Part shown: piece by piece, positions 48,055-55,752 of the stretch
Layout of the letters: each line of letters starts with the position of its first letter
Position numbering within the stretch: position 1 is the first letter of the stretch
Source: Bacteroidia bacterium
GTDB lineage: Bacteria > Bacteroidota > Bacteroidia > B-17B0 > Aurantibacillaceae
NCBI GenBank assembly: GCA_044352985.1
Contig: JBILCU010000012.1
Location: forward strand, 45,428-109,427
Length of the DNA stretch: 64,000 bases
Direction of reading: 5' to 3'
Notes under the pieces: generated by a model
Told to the model about the DNA's origin: nothing
Seen by the model: only the letters and a program-made list of their open reading frames with translations
Database searches by the model: none
Position numbers and translations under genes: made by a program

Positions 48055-49470
48055 ATGATAATTGGAAGAAAGCAAGAAATAGCTATACTTAATCAGAAGT
48101 ATTTATCCGGAAAATCAGAATTTGTAGCCCTATATGGGAGACGAAGAATAGGTAAAACCTATTTGGTAAGAAATTTATTTGATGGGAAATTTACTTTTAG
48201 GCTTACCGGACTTGCATCAGCAAATTTGAGTGAACAACTTGCTAATTACAATATGGCGATGTTTGATCAACACGCAAAAGAAAGATTTAAGGTTGTAGTA
48301 AGTTGGATGGAAGCATTTCAGCAATTGAGAAAACTTATTGAAAAATCAAAGCAACGTAAAAAAATCGTCTTCATTGACGAACTTCCGTGGTTTGATACAC
48401 CACATTCGGGATTCATTCATGCTTTAGAGCATTTTTGGAATAGCTGGGCATCTGCACGAAAAGATGTTTTACTTATTGTTTGTGGTTCGGCGGCATCGTG
48501 GATGATCAATACGCTTATTAACAATAAAAGAGGGCTGCATAATCGTGTTACTCAAAAAATTAAAATAGAGCCGTTTACCTTAAAAGAATGTGAAGAGTTT
48601 TTAAAACACAAAAAAATCACACTGAATCATTATCAAATTGTGCAGCTTTACATGGTATTGGGCGGCATACCGTTTTATTGGGAAGCTATTGAAAAAGGCT
48701 TAAGTGCCCCTCAAATTATCAGTAAATTGTGTTTTGAGCGAAACGGACTACTAACCAACGAGTTTAATAACCTTTTTAAATCACTTTTTGTAAAGGCAGA
48801 ACGCCATGAAGCCATTGTAAATGCTTTGGCCAAAAAAACAAAAGGATTAACCCGTTCTGAAATCAATAAAGAAAGTAAGTTGCCATCAGGCGGAAGTCTT
48901 ACTCGATTATTAGATGAATTAGAAGAAAGTGGGTTCATTAGAAAGTACGCACCTTTTGGAAGAATAGAAAAAAATAGTTTGTATCAGTTATCTGATTTTT
49001 TCTCACTCTTTCATTTGAGATTTATGAAAGATAAAAAGAGTGCTGATAAAAACAATTGGTTAAAGGCGATTGATAATCCAAAGCACAGAGCATGGAGTGG
49101 TTATGCATTTGAACAGGTTTGCCTTGCCCATGTTGATCAAATTAAAATGGCGCTTGGCATAAGCGGTATTGAAACAGAGGTTTCTTCATGGAAAAGTATT
49201 AAAGCAGAAAACGGTGCGCAAATAGATTTATTGATTAACAGAAGAGATGGTGTAATTAATTTGTGTGAAATGAAGTTTGCGATAAGTGCTTTTATTATTG
49301 ATAAGAAATACGATACGGAACTTCGAAATAAAGTGGGTGTTTTTAAAACCGAAACACGTACGAAAAAATCAGTTTTTATAACGATGCTGAGTACCTTTGG
49401 TTTACAAAAAAATGCTTATTCGGGTAATGTGCAAAACGATTTAACTATGAATATTTTGTTTGAAGCGTAA
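48055..49470 (+). CDS. AAA ATPase (archaeal-ATPase/COG1672-like) with a C-terminal DUF234-like, PD-(D/E)xK nuclease-like domain
   Basis: Walker A LYGRRRIGKTYL and Walker B IVFIDELPW. A winged-helix-like middle region. The C-terminus has GAQIDLLI ... INLCEMKF (D ... ExK pattern). Confidence 0.8.
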   Translation: MIIGRKQEIAILNQKYLSGKSEFVALYGRRRIGKTYLVRNLFDGKFTFRLTGLASANLSEQLANYNMAMFDQHAKERFKVVVSWMEAFQQLRKLIEKSKQRKKIVFIDELPWFDTPHSGFIHALEHFWNSWASARKDVLLIVCGSAASWMINTLINNKRGLHNRVTQKIKIEPFTLKECEEFLKHKKITLNHYQIVQLYMVLGGIPFYWEAIEKGLSAPQIISKLCFERNGLLTNEFNNLFKSLFVKAERHEAIVNALAKKTKGLTRSEINKESKLPSGGSLTRLLDELEESGFIRKYAPFGRIEKNSLYQLSDFFSLFHLRFMKDKKSADKNNWLKAIDNPKHRAWSGYAFEQVCLAHVDQIKMALGISGIETEVSSWKSIKAENGAQIDLLINRRDGVINLCEMKFAISAFIIDKKYDTELRNKVGVFKTETRTKKSVFITMLSTFGLQKNAYSGNVQNDLTMNILFEA

Positions 49471-49484
49471 TGATTGATTAAATT

Positions 49485-49535
49485 CATTTTGGCCATACCT
49501 CTATGTTTTTATGTACTTATGGCCAAAATGAAAAT
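49485..49535. repeat. 51-nt palindromic unit, copy 3 (perfect 13-bp arms), between convergent genes
   Basis: CATTTTGGCCATA-N20-TATGGCCAAAATG followed by AAAAT. It could also act as a bidirectional terminator. Confidence 0.85.
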
Positions 49536-49564
49536 ATTTGATTTTAAAAAAACAAATTAATTCT

Positions 49565-50158
49565 TTAGTTTAAACTAGTTTGCCAAAAAATAAAATCTAG
49601 TTTTTTTACTGCACTTACTATTGTTGCACCTTTAATTTTCTTGGTTTTATAATTAAAGATTTTTAATAATTCTTTACCTTCTTTTTGCTTGGCAAAGGCA
49701 TTAAAGAATTTATTAACGGCATTATAAATTTCTATGTCTCGTTTTTGACGCTTAGTTGTGTCTTTAATGTAATAGCGTGAAATTGATAATTGATGAAGAA
49801 TTCGACTATCAATAACACATTTCTTATTATCAATTGTGGCAACCAATTTACTACTAAAAGAAAGTTGCGATTTAGAATTAATTTTTGATAAACGTTGAAT
49901 AACATTTTCAAAATGAACAGTGTTCTTTTTTGAAGATTCTTTCAATAATGTAAAATACTTTTTCTTAAAAGCACTGTTGTTTTTACCTAAATTTAATTTG
50001 TAAAAAGAGGTAAATTTTTTTTCATATTCAATATCGTCAAACTTCTTTTTTTGCAAGTATAAATAATCTGGAATACTGCTAACTATTTTATTCCAATCTA
50101 CATTTGCTTTAATATCTGATAAAGAATAACGAAGATTGGCATTAATCATTTTGGGCAT
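49565..50158 (-). CDS. hypothetical protein (lysine-rich, no signal peptide), last gene of the T9SS-cargo operon
   Basis: 197-aa ORF with an ATG start, 11 nt downstream of the preceding gene. No recognised motif. Confidence 0.45.
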   Translation of the reverse strand: MPKMINANLRYSLSDIKANVDWNKIVSSIPDYLYLQKKKFDDIEYEKKFTSFYKLNLGKNNSAFKKKYFTLLKESSKKNTVHFENVIQRLSKINSKSQLSFSSKLVATIDNKKCVIDSRILHQLSISRYYIKDTTKRQKRDIEIYNAVNKFFNAFAKQKEGKELLKIFNYKTKKIKGATIVSAVKKLDFIFWQTSLN

Positions 50159-50169
50159 TTGAAAAACAA

Positions 50170-51174
50170 TTATTGTTTAATTATTTTCGTATGAGCATTT
50201 GTTCTATTGCCTGTTATTTTTAACATATAAATACCAGACGGTATGTCTGTAACATCTAAAAAAATTCTTTTAAAGCCAGCAATTTGATTCTCATTACCAA
50301 AAACTTTTATTGGTTTACCTTCAATATTTAATAATGAAATTGTGATATTTTCTTTTTCATTTAATGTATATTCTACATTTATAAAATCTTCTGCTATGTT
50401 AGGGTAAGTTTTTAAGTTTATTTCTTTATAATTTATGTGTTGATTTATATTATTAATATTACTTTTAATACATCTAACTGATTTACCTTGAAATCGATTT
50501 GTTTTAGTAATATTTGAAATACTTGTTTTTAACGCAAAATATTCAACACTATCATTTGTAATACTACTAGACCAATAGTTCGTAAATGAACCAAAACCTG
50601 AAAAGCATGCAGAAGGAGGGGGGACAATATTAGGACTAGGAGCAGGTGATCCATATGAACCCATTATACCACTAGGTAATGCTGAAAAACCACTTTCATT
50701 TGTAGACATATTCCAATTTTGACTAGATAATTTGCTAATTGAAGGAGTAAAGCCTCCGAGGAAATTAATTAACTCTAACCATTCATTAGTTGAGGGAACT
50801 TGAAAACCATTTGGGCAAATATTTCTATTATCATTAATCGCGTAAAAATTATAATATTTTCCATTATAATCACTTGTCGGTTGATTATTATAATTTGTAT
50901 AAAAACCGCTATTTATATCTAACCATGAATGATAAATATATGTTCCACTATTATAAAATCTTCCCTCCCTAAATTGAACTTGATCACCATTTCTATACTT
51001 ACTTGTTCGTAAATTTTCTGCCATCCAAACTTGTGTTCCAATTGCAATTGTGGCATAGGTATTACCATCAATATCTGTAACGCTACCGTAATTTAAATTA
51101 GGATTCAAATAGCTTGGTAATTGGCTCCAAAGCGAAGTACTTAATGTAATAAGTGCAATTAAAATTGGGTTCAT
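50170..51174 (-). CDS. FISUMP-domain (Fibrobacter succinogenes major paralogous domain) protein with T9SS C-terminal sorting domain
   Basis: DIDGNTYATIAIGTQVWMAENL is the hallmark FISUMP start. The C-terminal ~80 aa (YPNIAEDFINVEY...GIYMLKI) is a Por/T9SS type A sorting domain. Confidence 0.75.
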   Translation of the reverse strand: MNPILIALITLSTSLWSQLPSYLNPNLNYGSVTDIDGNTYATIAIGTQVWMAENLRTSKYRNGDQVQFREGRFYNSGTYIYHSWLDINSGFYTNYNNQPTSDYNGKYYNFYAINDNRNICPNGFQVPSTNEWLELINFLGGFTPSISKLSSQNWNMSTNESGFSALPSGIMGSYGSPAPSPNIVPPPSACFSGFGSFTNYWSSSITNDSVEYFALKTSISNITKTNRFQGKSVRCIKSNINNINQHINYKEINLKTYPNIAEDFINVEYTLNEKENITISLLNIEGKPIKVFGNENQIAGFKRIFLDVTDIPSGIYMLKITGNRTNAHTKIIKQ

Positions 51175-51204
51175 ATTGATATTTTTTTAATTGATTAATA
51201 AAAT

Positions 51205-53076
51205 TTACTGTAATATTATTTTTCTAATTGTTACGGTATTATTTTGCGCATTAATTAAATGGAGAAAATAAATTCCATTACTATTCCATGTACTTAAATC
51301 AATAATGAATTGTTGTTGATTTATTGTGTTTTGAAAAACTTGTTGGCCTAAACTATTTATTATTTTGATTGTGTATCCATTCATAGAGCCATAATTGCCA
51401 TTGTCGATAATAATGCAATCACTTGCTGGATTTGGATACACATTAATTGTATTTACATTATTGGGTGGATTTAAACCGGTAGTTGAAACATTAATTATCA
51501 GAGTGTCTGTGACAGAACAGAAATTACCAATTGTATCATAAACTATAAAATTACGTGTTGAATATCCAGAACAACCAGCAGTTGATGAATAATTATATGA
51601 AATAACGTTTGTTCCTAATTGAGCATTATTTGGATAAAATATATTATTAATAACTCCAAAGCCTGAGAAATTACCGCCACTTGGTGTACCCGATAATACA
51701 ATTTGGGAAGCTGATTTAGAAATCATGGCATTATTTGTTAAGGTATTAATAGATACGCTAGGAATTGGATTTACATTTACACTAATTATATTTGAAGTGG
51801 CTGAACAACCACCACTTGTTACACTCACAGAGTAACTTCCTGAGGTTGTTACGTTTATTGAGTTTGTTGTAGCCCCATTTGACCAATTATTGCCTGTTGT
51901 TGAAGAGGAAGTTAGTATAACTGAACCCCCAATGCAGAAGTTAGTTGGTCCGTTTGCAGTAATTGTTGGTGTATTAATTTGACAAGCATACTTTGCAACA
52001 TATTTATTTCCGCTTGAATTTGTAAAATCACCTGCTGCTAAAATATTGTTTAGAGTATCTACTGCCAATGTTAAAATGTTACCATTTGCAGCTAAAGAAT
52101 TATTACCTCCTAATTCTGCCCATAAATTACCACTAAATTTAGCGACATATCTTTTATTGCTTGTGTTTGTAAAGCAGCCTGCTGCATAAATATTGCCAAA
52201 TTTATCTATTGCCAATGTGCTTACAGAACAATTAGCAGATAAACCATTAAGTCCTCCTAATTCCGACCAACTAGTGCCATTAAATTTTGCAACATAATAT
52301 TTGTTACTAGAATTAGTAAATGTACCAGCTACATAAATGTTTCCTTGTAAATCTGATTTTATGTCATAGATAGTTCCGCTAAATGAACCAGTAATGAAAC
52401 TCCATGATGTACCATTATATTTAGCAATTCTATTTCCGCCTGTTGTACCATATAAACTACCTGCAGCATAAACATTTCCAGTTGGATCGGTACAAACTGT
52501 AAATATTTGTTGAGTACTAGCTCCTAAAATTGATGATAATGAATTAGTACCTCCTAATTCTACCCAAGATGAGCCATTCCACGTTGCAACGTATACTTTT
52601 CCGCTAACGTTTGTTGGGCCACCTACATACGCTGCTGTTCTTGTTAAGTTCGTGCAAATTTCGTTTACTGATCCTTGACCAAGAGTATTACCTAATTGCG
52701 TCCAATTTGTTCCATCAAACCTAGTAATATATGTTTCACCATTAGTATTCGTAAAACAACCTCCGGCAAGACTACCTATACTTGGTATGATTTCAAAATC
52801 ATAAATGTTACAATTAGCATTAAATGTTCCTGCACGTGACCAAGCATTGTCTGCATTTACATATCTTGATACTTCTCTTGTAAATGTTGTGCCAAAATCA
52901 CCACCAGCAAAAATATTATTTGTTGTTGGGCTAACTGATATATTACTTATTTGGCCAGAATTCCATGAGTTTGCGAAAGTATTTAAGCCTCCTAGTTCGG
53001 TCCATTGAGCATTTAAGTGATTGAATGATAATGTTATAAAAACGATTAAAAATGATTTTAAATAAATTTTTTTCAT
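51205..53076 (-). CDS. secreted beta-propeller-repeat protein with Ig-like domains and T9SS C-terminal sorting domain
   Basis: Signal peptide from the ATG at 53076. Repeated YVAK(F/Y)NG(T/N)SW.ELGG units. The C-terminus VYPNPASDCIIID...GIYFLHL is a T9SS CTD. Confidence 0.7.
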   Translation of the reverse strand: MKKIYLKSFLIVFITLSFNHLNAQWTELGGLNTFANSWNSGQISNISVSPTTNNIFAGGDFGTTFTREVSRYVNADNAWSRAGTFNANCNIYDFEIIPSIGSLAGGCFTNTNGETYITRFDGTNWTQLGNTLGQGSVNEICTNLTRTAAYVGGPTNVSGKVYVATWNGSSWVELGGTNSLSSILGASTQQIFTVCTDPTGNVYAAGSLYGTTGGNRIAKYNGTSWSFITGSFSGTIYDIKSDLQGNIYVAGTFTNSSNKYYVAKFNGTSWSELGGLNGLSANCSVSTLAIDKFGNIYAAGCFTNTSNKRYVAKFSGNLWAELGGNNSLAANGNILTLAVDTLNNILAAGDFTNSSGNKYVAKYACQINTPTITANGPTNFCIGGSVILTSSSTTGNNWSNGATTNSINVTTSGSYSVSVTSGGCSATSNIISVNVNPIPSVSINTLTNNAMISKSASQIVLSGTPSGGNFSGFGVINNIFYPNNAQLGTNVISYNYSSTAGCSGYSTRNFIVYDTIGNFCSVTDTLIINVSTTGLNPPNNVNTINVYPNPASDCIIIDNGNYGSMNGYTIKIINSLGQQVFQNTINQQQFIIDLSTWNSNGIYFLHLINAQNNTVTIRKIILQ

Positions 53077-53208
53077 GACTATATGTTTTTGATTTTTATT
53101 CAAAAATAAATTAATTTTTTAAATATTATCCAAAATAGATAAAAATTTGTCTTATATGGATACAAAGTTAGTCGTGATTTGTTACTTGTTTATAGATTTT
53201 TGTATCCT

Positions 53209-53526
53209 ATGTCGGTACACATTGGTAAAATCATTAAAGAAACATTGAAATCAAAAAATATAGATGTAGCTGATTTTGCCCATAAAATAAATTATACAAG
53301 GGGTAATGCCTACAAGATTTTTAATAAAAAAAGTATTGATACCGATTTGCTTTTTAAAATTAGTAAAGTGCTGGATGAAAATTTATTTTTTCATTTTATT
53401 ACAAGCGATGAAGTGATTAAGTATAAAAATGACAAAATAAATTCTTCGGATATTTTATCAGTACTGAATGAGATAAAAGAAATTTTAACTCCACCACAAC
53501 AAAAGAAGTTGAAAATAAAAAAATAA
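53209..53526 (+). CDS. small putative HTH DNA-binding protein
   Basis: MSVHIGKIIKETLKSKNIDVADFAHKINYTRGNAYKIFNKKSI resembles a short XRE-like HTH. The ATG is at Met11 of the tracked TTG-started ORF. Confidence 0.45.
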   Translation: MSVHIGKIIKETLKSKNIDVADFAHKINYTRGNAYKIFNKKSIDTDLLFKISKVLDENLFFHFITSDEVIKYKNDKINSSDILSVLNEIKEILTPPQQKKLKIKK

Positions 53527-53552
53527 TTTTCCAATTTGAAATAGGCTAAAGT

Positions 53553-53927
53553 TTATTTTTTCAACTTAGGTTTTGCCTTTTTTAATTCTTCCAGCTTATA
53601 GCTTACCATTTCTTTTATTAATTGATAAGGAATTTCTTTTTCATGCGGAAACTGAACGGATCCTTTTCCTTGTTTGTATGTTGCGAGTTCTTCTTTAAAT
53701 TTTTCGTGCGTTTGTGGCGTGGCATAAATTCCTATATGCTCTTTAAATGCTGCAAAGTAAACCAATGGTTTTTTGTTGAATTTATAGGCAGGCATCCCAT
53801 AAGAAAATTCCTCTGTAACTTCTGTAGCAAGTTTTAAAATTAATGCTCTAATTTTTAGTAGTCGTTCTTGTATTGGATCAGGAAAGGATTTAATGTACTT
53901 TTCTACGGATTGATTTTGAATACTCAT
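53553..53927 (-). CDS. DUF1801 (YdhG-like) domain protein
   Basis: 124 aa with an MPAYKFNKKPLVYFAAFKEHIGIY core typical of the family. Confidence 0.65.
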   Translation of the reverse strand: MSIQNQSVEKYIKSFPDPIQERLLKIRALILKLATEVTEEFSYGMPAYKFNKKPLVYFAAFKEHIGIYATPQTHEKFKEELATYKQGKGSVQFPHEKEIPYQLIKEMVSYKLEELKKAKPKLKK

Positions 53928-54025
53928 ATTCTTTTTGAAAGATAAATTAATTTCAGATTCGAAATTAGGTGATTTACTTTTCCTTCTGAAATATTTTTAA
54001 CTTCGTAATGCATTAAAATAGTTTT

Positions 54026-55006
54026 CTGAAAAAAATTTTAGTCATACAAACTGCATTTATTGGAGACGTAATATTAGCTACTTCTGTGCTCGAAAAATTG
54101 CATTCTTTTTTTCCTAGTTCACAGTTAGATGTATTGGTTCGTAACGGCAATGAATCCTTGTTTATAGATCATCCTTTTATTAACAAGTGTTTAGTTTGGA
54201 ATAAAAGTAAAGGCAAGTATAAAAGTTTATTTCAGTTAATCAGTAGGATTAGAAATGAGAACTATGATGCAGTAATTAATCTTCATCGTTTTGCAAGCTC
54301 CGGAATTTTAACTGCTTTTTCCAATTCAAACTTAAAGCTGGGTTTTGATAAAAATCCTTTTTCATTTTTGTTTACAAAAAAAATTAAACATCAGATTGGT
54401 AATGGCTTGCATGAGGTTCAAAGAAACCAACTTCTGATTAAAGAATTAACGGATGAAAATTATGTAAAACCTAAATTGTATCCATCTTCTCACAATAAGG
54501 AAAAGGTAAGACAGTACATTAACGATTTTTTTGTGTGCATGGCGCCTTCATCGGTATGGTTTACCAAACAATTACCTGTAAATAAATGGATTGAGTTATG
54601 TGATAAAATTCCAGCTTCAACATCTATTTATCTATTAGGCGCAAAAAGTGATAAAGAATTGTGTGATAAAATCATGAACTCTTCATTACATAAAAAAATC
54701 ATCAATCTTTGTGGACAATTGAATTTGCTTGATTCGTGTGCTTTGATGGAAAAGGCATCAATGAATTATGTAAATGATTCTGCACCTTTGCATCTATCTT
54801 CTGCTATGAATGCGCCTGTTACCGCCTTCTTTTGTTCTACAGTGCCTGAATATGGTTTTACACCACTTTCTGATGAATCTAAGATTGTTGAAGTAAAACA
54901 ACAATTGAATTGCAGACCTTGTGGTTTACATGGGTATAAAAAATGCCCTGAAGGTCATTTTAAATGTGGTAATGATATAGCAATTGATTTTGTAAAACAG
55001 GTTTAA
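54026..55006 (+). CDS. glycosyltransferase family 9 (LPS heptosyltransferase-like); probable non-canonical CTG start
   Basis: The family N-terminus (L)KKILVIQTAFIGDVILATSVLEKL lies in frame upstream of the tracked GTG at 54086. The in-frame stop is at 54014-54016. No ATG, GTG or TTG lies in between. Confidence 0.7.
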   Translation: MKKILVIQTAFIGDVILATSVLEKLHSFFPSSQLDVLVRNGNESLFIDHPFINKCLVWNKSKGKYKSLFQLISRIRNENYDAVINLHRFASSGILTAFSNSNLKLGFDKNPFSFLFTKKIKHQIGNGLHEVQRNQLLIKELTDENYVKPKLYPSSHNKEKVRQYINDFFVCMAPSSVWFTKQLPVNKWIELCDKIPASTSIYLLGAKSDKELCDKIMNSSLHKKIINLCGQLNLLDSCALMEKASMNYVNDSAPLHLSSAMNAPVTAFFCSTVPEYGFTPLSDESKIVEVKQQLNCRPCGLHGYKKCPEGHFKCGNDIAIDFVKQV

Positions 55007-55752
55007 AATAAACCTAAATGGTTAGTTTGTAACCATCCCTCATTGCCATTTTCTAATTGAATAGCAGTCCATTTAGTGTTGCATTCCAATACTGTTACTT
55101 TAGTGCCTTCATGCAATTTAAATTGTTCTTTAGCGCCTTCAGTGGGTTCGTTAACAACACTTACTTCAGTACTTAAAATAATTGCATTGTTTTTATTCGT
55201 GACTTCATTTAAAGCAATAAATCCAATTATTAACGAGCCAATAAAAATTAAAACATGTATTGCTCCTAACCAAAAGAATAATTTTTTAAAAGTGGTATCC
55301 ATCAAAAAAACAATAAAGAAAAAAAGAGCAAAGCTTAGTGAAATTATACTCGACCATGCCCAGCCGTTTAATGAGTATGTTGTTAAAATTCCTGATTCAA
55401 TATTTTTTACAAAATAGTTTTCTTTGTTTTCAATTTGGTCTTTTGTTTTTTGGGAAGCAATGGTGAGATTATGTTTAATGTCATTATCTGCTGGATCTAA
55501 TTTATGTGCTAAATGGTATTGATAAATGGCTTTACCTATATCATTATTTTTAAAATAGGCATTTGCTAAGTTATAATGTAGTAAAGAAGATGTTTCTCCG
55601 TTTGCAATTACTTTTTCGTAATTCTCTATTGCACTTTTATAATCTCCTTTATCATAAGCGTTTTTAGCTTTATCAATCCTCTCGTTTCCAAAAAACAAAT
55701 GCGAAACGAAGCAAAAAAGAACGATAAGATTAAGCTTTAGTTTCATCTTCAA
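55003..55752 (-). CDS. batE: BatE-like protein (TPR plus TM segments plus C-terminal SH3-like domain)
   Basis: TPR (YKSAIENYEKV..., LHYNLANAYFKNND), two TM spans and an SH3b-like end (WTAIQLENGNEGWL). It occupies the last position of the Bat operon. Confidence 0.7.
   Translation of the reverse strand: MKMKLKLNLIVLFCFVSHLFFGNERIDKAKNAYDKGDYKSAIENYEKVIANGETSSLLHYNLANAYFKNNDIGKAIYQYHLAHKLDPADNDIKHNLTIASQKTKDQIENKENYFVKNIESGILTTYSLNGWAWSSIISLSFALFFFIVFLMDTTFKKLFFWLGAIHVLIFIGSLIIGFIALNEVTNKNNAIILSTEVSVVNEPTEGAKEQFKLHEGTKVTVLECNTKWTAIQLENGNEGWLQTNHLGLF

Noticed and set aside
49485-49535. Treating repeat unit 3 as nothing more than a terminator
   Set aside because: Kept as a repeat. The same 50-nt unit occurs twice upstream of the gene, where no terminator is needed. 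A terminator role remains possible but does not explain the family.
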